Positions 58,386 through 64,000 of a stretch of 64,000 bases of DNA are shown piece by piece. The first letter of the stretch is position 1. Every line of letters begins with the position of its first letter. Position numbers and translations under genes: made by a program. Source of the stretch: an uncultured bacterium (GTDB lineage: Bacteria; Krumholzibacteriota; Krumholzibacteriia; LZORAL124-64-63); contig CAVSGO010000006.1 of assembly GCA_963727525.1 (NCBI GenBank), positions 1-64,000 on the forward strand. Reading direction: 5' to 3'. The notes beneath the pieces were generated by a model, which had not been told where the DNA came from, searched no databases, and saw only the letters and a program-made list of their open reading frames with translations.

Positions 58386-60623
58386 TCACACCTGGAACAG
58401 ATACTGCAGCTTGAGAAAGTAGCTCCGTTCCGATAGCCGCCAGCCCGGCTGCGGCAACTCCGTCTCGCCGTAACCCCGGTAGTCCCGCGTGGACCCCACG
58501 TAGAAGATCGAGAACGGGTTGATGCGGTACGTGATCAGCGGATCCACTTCCCACAGGCGATCGAAGTCGTCGTACTGCAGCACGAGGCGTAGCGACAGCT
58601 CGCGGGTCAACTGCATGCCGAGGCGGGTGCGGGCGACCCAGCCGGAGAAGAGGGCCTCGCCGGTGCCGCGGTCGACGCTTCGCGTGAAGTCATAGGACGA
58701 TTCCAGGATCAGGCGGTCCCAGGGCTTGAGGTTGAGCCACAGGCTCGTGCTGTTCTGACGACCGAGCACGAGGGCGGTGCGGGCGATGCGATGGCCGTGG
58801 GCGAGGTTGATGCCGCCGGAGACGGCGGAACTGGGCTTGGCCTCGATGTTGATGGAGGCCTGCCAGATGTCGTCGAACTGGATGTCGTGGAACAGCTCGT
58901 TGCTGTAGAGGACGTCGAGATTGATCTGGGTCTGGGCCCAGGCGAGGCGCAGGTAGAGGTGGGGATCGATCCACTCGTCCTTCTTCGTGCCGGCGAAGTT
59001 CCAGACGCGGGCCACGTTGATCTGCGGTTGGACGCGGTCGACGAAGCCGTCGGTGTAGAACGTGTAACCCGTCCACACGCTCGTCTCGTGACGATCGTTC
59101 CGGGGCTCGAAACCGTTCTCGGCGCGGAAAGTGGGGCTGCGGCGCCAGTAGTCGAAGTCGAAGTCCCAGTGGCGAGCGCTGCGCTCGAGGCTGGCGTAGA
59201 GGCCGTGGCCCCAGAAGCGCTCGCCGTCGAAGGCGGCGGTGTGGGCGCCGCGGTCGAAGGTGAGGTCGTTGATGCCCGCGGTGAGCGTGGTGTCGTTCGG
59301 CTCGGCGGTGTGGGTGGCGAGGGCCTGCACCTCGATCTGCCAGTTGCGGTCGAGGCGCTGGCGCCAGTCGACGCCCATGAGCGAGCCGGAGCCGCCGTCG
59401 TCGTGGCGGCGATCGGTGATGACGAGGCCCACGTGGGAACCATCGCCGAGGCTGTGCTGGTAGCGTGCAAGGGTCGAGGTGCTCTTGCGGCCGGCGACGA
59501 AGACGCTGCGCTCGGCGAAGGGCAGGATGAAGGGCGAGTGCTCGTCGCGCGCCACGAGCACGGCGAGGTTATCGGCGCCGGGGCGCCCCACGAGCTTGGC
59601 GGCGAAGAGGGGGTCGTTGATCGTGCGCGTGTAGACGGTGGTGAACCAGCTTGCGAAGAGGTCGCTGCCCTCCTGGAAGAAGGGCCGCTTCTCGGAGTAG
59701 TACAGCGCGAAGGTGGAGTTGACGTCGATCTGCGCGGCGTCCGACTCCACCTGGCTGAAGTCGGGGTTGAGCGTGGCCTCGGCCGAGAGCGTGGAGCTGA
59801 GGTTGTCACGGACGCTGAGGCCGGCCTGGGCCGTGACGGCACCGTGGTCGAAGGCGCCGTCGTCCTGACGATGGGAGGCCTGCGTGGTGACCACCGAGGG
59901 CAACACGGCGAGTCCCCTGCCTGGTTGCACGCCCGAGATGCCGCGCACCGTGCCCCACTTGCAGGGCCAGCACGGCTCGTCGCGATCGTAGGCGGCCCAG
60001 GAGTACTGCTCGCGTACCTCGCGGGGACGGTTGCGCCAGAAGTCGACGCGCCACACCTGGTCGGTGGTGTCGGGGAAGCGCAGGCTGTTCCAGGGGATGG
60101 CCATCTCCACCTGCCAGCCGTCTGCCGTGATGCGGGAAGCGGTGGCGAAGACGAGGTCGTAGGTCAGGTCCTCGTCGCCGTTGAGCGACCAGAGCAGATC
60201 GCCCTGGATGCCGTAGGGGTTGGCGGCGATCTCGTAGGCCTGCGCCTGCTTCCCGAAGGTGTCGAGGCAGAGGATGACGTAGTCGTCGCTCCAGATACGG
60301 TCGCGCTCGGTGAAGCTGGCGCGTAGCTCGGTCGGGTCGTCGTGGCAGACGAAGGCGGCGTAGAGGTAGGTGTCGTCGTAGGTGAGCCAGGCTTCGGTGG
60401 CGACCGGCGGCTCCACCTGATCGCCCGGGTTGTGCTCGGCGAAGTTGTCGGCGCGGCCCGCGTATCGCCAGCCGGGATCGCCGAGATCGCCGTCGACGAC
60501 GATGGCGGACGGCGTGCGCTGCACGGTGAGTTCGGGGTGGTAGACGGGGGTGAAGGCGCGCGCGCTGGCGGCACCGAGCACGACACCGAGCGTGGCGGCG
60601 AAAAGAAGGGCGCGGTGGGGCAT
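58386..60623 (-). CDS. CBM9-like plus DUF5916 outer-membrane protein
   Basis: VDGDLGDPGW, EMAIPW, NPDFSQVESD, EKRPFFQEG, YTRTI; C-terminal FLKLQYLF strand. Confidence 0.88.
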   Translation of the reverse strand: MPHRALLFAATLGVVLGAASARAFTPVYHPELTVQRTPSAIVVDGDLGDPGWRYAGRADNFAEHNPGDQVEPPVATEAWLTYDDTYLYAAFVCHDDPTELRASFTERDRIWSDDYVILCLDTFGKQAQAYEIAANPYGIQGDLLWSLNGDEDLTYDLVFATASRITADGWQVEMAIPWNSLRFPDTTDQVWRVDFWRNRPREVREQYSWAAYDRDEPCWPCKWGTVRGISGVQPGRGLAVLPSVVTTQASHRQDDGAFDHGAVTAQAGLSVRDNLSSTLSAEATLNPDFSQVESDAAQIDVNSTFALYYSEKRPFFQEGSDLFASWFTTVYTRTINDPLFAAKLVGRPGADNLAVLVARDEHSPFILPFAERSVFVAGRKSTSTLARYQHSLGDGSHVGLVITDRRHDDGGSGSLMGVDWRQRLDRNWQIEVQALATHTAEPNDTTLTAGINDLTFDRGAHTAAFDGERFWGHGLYASLERSARHWDFDFDYWRRSPTFRAENGFEPRNDRHETSVWTGYTFYTDGFVDRVQPQINVARVWNFAGTKKDEWIDPHLYLRLAWAQTQINLDVLYSNELFHDIQFDDIWQASINIEAKPSSAVSGGINLAHGHRIARTALVLGRQNSTSLWLNLKPWDRLILESSYDFTRSVDRGTGEALFSGWVARTRLGMQLTRELSLRLVLQYDDFDRLWEVDPLITYRINPFSIFYVGSTRDYRGYGETELPQPGWRLSERSYFLKLQYLFQV

Positions 60624-60772
60624 CGCGGGTCGTCCTGATCCGGTGTGTGCGGCCGCGCCCGGGGGGCAGACGCGTCCGGTGACCGAACTCCTACGGGCGA
60701 CCGGCCGGCGAGGTTTCATCGCGTCGTGGTCGTCGTCGCGACTGGGCTTGCGCCGGCCCGGAATGCCGACGT

Positions 60773-62524
60773 CTATCGCACCTTCACCACCCGTCCCGTC
60801 GCGGTCTCGACACCCGCGGTGAGCCGGTAAAGGTAGACGCCGCTCGCCATCGTGGTGCCGGCACCATTGCGGCCGTCCCAGACGAGCGTGTGCGAGCCCG
60901 CGGCGCCGTCATTCGCGACGAGTGTGCGCACGCGGCGGCCGGCGAGGTCGAAGATGTCGAGGCGGGCGGCGCCGTCGCGCGGCTGGGCGAAGCGGATCGT
61001 CGTGGTGCCGCTGAAGGGCGTCACCGCGCCGAGGAGGCGCAGGCCGCTCTTGCCGGCCACGTCGGGGGCTGGCGTGAGGGTCAGCAGCTGGCCTACGGCG
61101 GCGCCAAGGTCGGGGCGCGGGCCGATCAACTTCACCGTGTCGAGGGCGGGGATGCCCGTGTCGTGCAGGAGCGCGCGCAGCATGGCTGGCGTGAGGGCCT
61201 GGCCGAGGTTGGCCTTGGCGATGCCCTGCAGGCAGAGGGCGCTGCCGGTGATCATGGGCGATGCTCCGGAGGTGCCGCCAAAATCACTGGTGTAGCGCGT
61301 GCGCTCGGAGCCGGCCGTGTAGAGGTCGCCGTAGCCGGTGGTGACGATCGCCGAGCCCCATGCGTGTACGTCCATGCGGCTGCCATAGTTGGTGAACCAC
61401 TCGGCCACGCGGCCCGTCGGTGTGCCGGCGCCCACCATGATGGCGCCCGAGTCGCGAACGTTGCGATCGAAGACGCCGTTCCAGGTGGGAGCGTCGAGGT
61501 CCTGGGACCCATTGGCGCCGGCCTCGACGCAGACCACGCCCTGCGACCAGCAGCCGGTCCAGATGACGTCGTAGTTCACCTGGAGCCACTCCATGGGCGT
61601 GGCGTCGCGGCTGGGCGGGAACATCTGCAGCTCGATGAGCCACACGTCGCCCGGTTGCAACTGGTCGACGGCTTCCTGGAAGTAGCTCGGCAGGGTGGGC
61701 CACTCGGCCCCGGGGATGCCGACGGTGCCCCACGCGACGTCGCCCGCGAAGCCGGTGACGCCGAAGCCGTTGTCCTGGGCGAGAATCTCGCCGAGCACCG
61801 CCGTACCGTGGTCGCGGTAGCCTTCGATGTCGTTGCTGAAGCCGCCCTGATAGAACTGGCGCAGCGTGTCGAAATCCTCGTGGTCCCACACCCAGTCGAG
61901 TTCCACGTCGACGAAGTGCATGCCCGCGCCGTGGCCGCCGGCCTGGGCCCAGGCGGCCGGAGCGGCCAGGCCCACGGGCGGATCATAGAGGTAGTCCTGC
62001 TGGCCCGTGAAATCGGGCGTGGGCAGCCACGCCGGCAGGAGGGGCTCCGCCACGGGGGCGATGACGGCGGGCTCGCACACCGGTGCCGGGTGCGCGATCT
62101 CCACCGCAGGCAACGCGTTGAGGGCGTTGATCACGTCGGCCAGGTGGGCGCGGCCGGTGGGAAGCTGCACGTCGTACCAGAGAGAGAGGTCGGGGCCGGT
62201 CTGGCCGCTGGCCAGTTCGCCCGCGTGCTTGCGCGCGCGCAGCACGTCAGGATCGCCGGCGAAGGTGCGACGCATGATGAGAGCATCGGCGAGGATATCG
62301 TTCACGTTGGAGAGATCACGCCCGGCCGTGTCGGCGAAGCGTCCGCTCGCGAGCGACACGCGGGAGCCCTCTACGAATTTCAGGTGGAGCCAGGCGGGGT
62401 CGAAGCGGTCGAGGCCGGCGGTCGTCCAGGTGACGACGGGGCCGACGGGGCGGGTGGCCGTATCGAGAGCCGCGGCGGGCAAGGCCACGAGCAGGGCGAG
62501 GGCGAGAAGCCAGGGATAGCGCAT
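60773..62524 (-). CDS. Secreted S8 (subtilisin-like) peptidase with FlgD-like C-terminal domain
   Basis: FVDVE (Asp), DHGTAV (His), AGANG, GGTSGASP (Ser); WDGRN...SGVYLYRL; GGAGG RBS. Confidence 0.9.
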   Translation of the reverse strand: MRYPWLLALALLVALPAAALDTATRPVGPVVTWTTAGLDRFDPAWLHLKFVEGSRVSLASGRFADTAGRDLSNVNDILADALIMRRTFAGDPDVLRARKHAGELASGQTGPDLSLWYDVQLPTGRAHLADVINALNALPAVEIAHPAPVCEPAVIAPVAEPLLPAWLPTPDFTGQQDYLYDPPVGLAAPAAWAQAGGHGAGMHFVDVELDWVWDHEDFDTLRQFYQGGFSNDIEGYRDHGTAVLGEILAQDNGFGVTGFAGDVAWGTVGIPGAEWPTLPSYFQEAVDQLQPGDVWLIELQMFPPSRDATPMEWLQVNYDVIWTGCWSQGVVCVEAGANGSQDLDAPTWNGVFDRNVRDSGAIMVGAGTPTGRVAEWFTNYGSRMDVHAWGSAIVTTGYGDLYTAGSERTRYTSDFGGTSGASPMITGSALCLQGIAKANLGQALTPAMLRALLHDTGIPALDTVKLIGPRPDLGAAVGQLLTLTPAPDVAGKSGLRLLGAVTPFSGTTTIRFAQPRDGAARLDIFDLAGRRVRTLVANDGAAGSHTLVWDGRNGAGTTMASGVYLYRLTAGVETATGRVVKVR

Positions 62525-62717
62525 CGTGAGCCTCCGGTTCGGGGGGCGGGGGGCAGGCATCGCGCCGGGATTATACCACGACGCGCGCCAGGTGCGCGAA
62601 GGAAACGAGACGAGGAAGGCATGCGATACGGTGAACACGGCGGACCTGGCCGGTCGTGGTGCCGGCGTCATCGCCGTCGACCTGCAGGTCACGGCGGTGC
62701 GCAGGATAGCGAATGGG

Positions 62718-63740
62718 CTACCCGATTTGCCCGCTGGCGTGGAGCTGTGCCGCCACACGGTAGAACGTGAAGGACGAGCACGTGGTGCCGCCGCAGACCT
62801 CGTCGAGCAGTCGGTCCTGCTTCAGGGCCACGAGGATGGCCTTGGCGATGTCGAGCGTGCAATCGTCGTCCCACTTCAGCTTCTTGGTCATGGCGCCATA
62901 GACCTTGGTGTCTGCCTGGAGCTGGTGCTTGATCTCGGCCAGTTCGTCGGCGCGGCGCATGGCCTCCATCATGAGGTGCACGGTGGGAACGGCGATCTCG
63001 ACGGCGCTCACGGAATCAGGGTCCGACTCGGCCTGACTGCGGAAATAGAACTCTCCGTCGTCGCGGTGCAGGAAGATCTCGTGGAAAGCCTCCTCGCCCT
63101 CGAGTCCGGCGCAGCGGGCGCGATCGACCTGGCCGCCACGCAGCAGCACCTGGGCGAAGATCTCCTGCGTATCGTTCACCATGGCGAGGAGGCCGGTCTG
63201 GCCGGAATTGATGAGCGTCTGCACGACCGTGGGCATGTCGAAGTAACGGAGCTTGCCCGTCAGCTCGCGCCGTCGCGCCTGGCGCCGCATGTGGGTGATC
63301 ATGTCCTGCAGACGCCGCGCGAACATGCGGGTCAGCTCCATGCCGTAGTCCGGAATGTCGCGCGCGAGCTGGTCGAACTGGGCGCGCGTGAGCGACCACA
63401 CCCGGGCGTACTCGGGCACGCGACCGTCGGAACGGCGCGGGCTGCCGGTGAACAGGGCCATGTCGCCGATCAGCTCGCCGGGCGTGATGTAGGCCACCGG
63501 GACGGGCTCGGGACTCTCGGCGGTCGAACGTACGATCTCGATGGCGCCGTCGAGCAGCAGGTGCACGCAATCCGACGCTTCGCGGGTACGGAACAGGTAC
63601 TCGCCCCGCTGGTACTCCTGGATCTGTCCCGCCGCGGCCGTTTCGCGGACCATGGCCTCGGACAGCATCTCGAACAGTTCGGTATTGCGAAGGGCATCAA
63701 TGATTTCCTGGAGTTCGCAGGTCACGGTCTTCATCGCCAT
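62718..63740 (-). CDS. Cyclic-nucleotide-binding domain plus DUF4388 (PatA-N-like) protein
   Basis: PGELIGDMALFTGSPRRS (cNMP); LTGKLRYFDMPTVVQTL...TGLL...GEEAF...GEFYF...HLMMEAMRRADE; GAGGAG RBS. Confidence 0.85.
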   Translation of the reverse strand: MAMKTVTCELQEIIDALRNTELFEMLSEAMVRETAAAGQIQEYQRGEYLFRTREASDCVHLLLDGAIEIVRSTAESPEPVPVAYITPGELIGDMALFTGSPRRSDGRVPEYARVWSLTRAQFDQLARDIPDYGMELTRMFARRLQDMITHMRRQARRRELTGKLRYFDMPTVVQTLINSGQTGLLAMVNDTQEIFAQVLLRGGQVDRARCAGLEGEEAFHEIFLHRDDGEFYFRSQAESDPDSVSAVEIAVPTVHLMMEAMRRADELAEIKHQLQADTKVYGAMTKKLKWDDDCTLDIAKAILVALKQDRLLDEVCGGTTCSSFTFYRVAAQLHASGQIG

Positions 63741-64000
63741 ACTCCTCTGCCATGACGTCGGATCCGCCCGCGGGGCGATCGGTTGTGCCGTATGTCCGCC
63801 CGGTCAGGTTCGGCAGCTCGTACGGGCATGTTAGGAATATCGAGCGCGATGGAAACCTCAGTAAGCAATGCCTTTACTCGATTTTCACTAAGGTCCGACG
63901 TCGAGTAGCCGATCGCTGAGGTCATGATTAGCCCGGGGGGCTGGGAGAGGCAGCAGATCGTTATGCCATACGCGCGGGATCTCGAAGCCATGTCGGTGCT

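Noticed and set aside
63731-63991. 86-aa minus-strand ORF at the window end
   Set aside because: No recognisable features; more likely the upstream region of the cNMP-DUF4388 gene or of a gene beyond the window

Overview
High-GC bacterial window with about 40 genes and no rRNA, tRNA or CRISPR array that I can support. Many secreted proteins end in either a FlgD/T9SS-like Ig domain (PNPFNP...GxYxxRL) or a terminal 'WGSxKSL(Y/W)R' motif. That suggests a Krumholzibacteria/Latescibacteria-like lineage, but this is inference only. Recognisable content: a truncated ISL3 transposase, three Hanks-type Ser/Thr kinases (one coupled to an output-less heme-c/HAMP sensor, one to an ECF sigma factor), a GH20, a TetR-TolC-HlyD-ABC efflux operon with a visible promoter/operator, SDR+GH15, NAT, pirin, DinB, aquaporin, a POT transporter, a TPM pair, LysE, a CBM9/DUF5916 protein, an S8 peptidase and a cNMP-DUF4388 protein. 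The most unusual feature is a five-gene operon (28082-35920). It carries two proteins with the cytoplasmic domain of the type III export gate (FlhA/SctV, FHIPEP) but without the gate's membrane domain, and no other flagellar or T3SS gene lies in the window. One is fused to a membrane-anchored TPR/coiled-coil protein; they are followed by a small basic peptide, a beta-rich protein and a predicted outer-membrane protein. Also notable are a 178-bp long-hairpin element present twice with a compensatory base-pair change, and a structure-rich intergenic region at 13172-14027. All family calls come from motif recognition by eye; no database searches were run.
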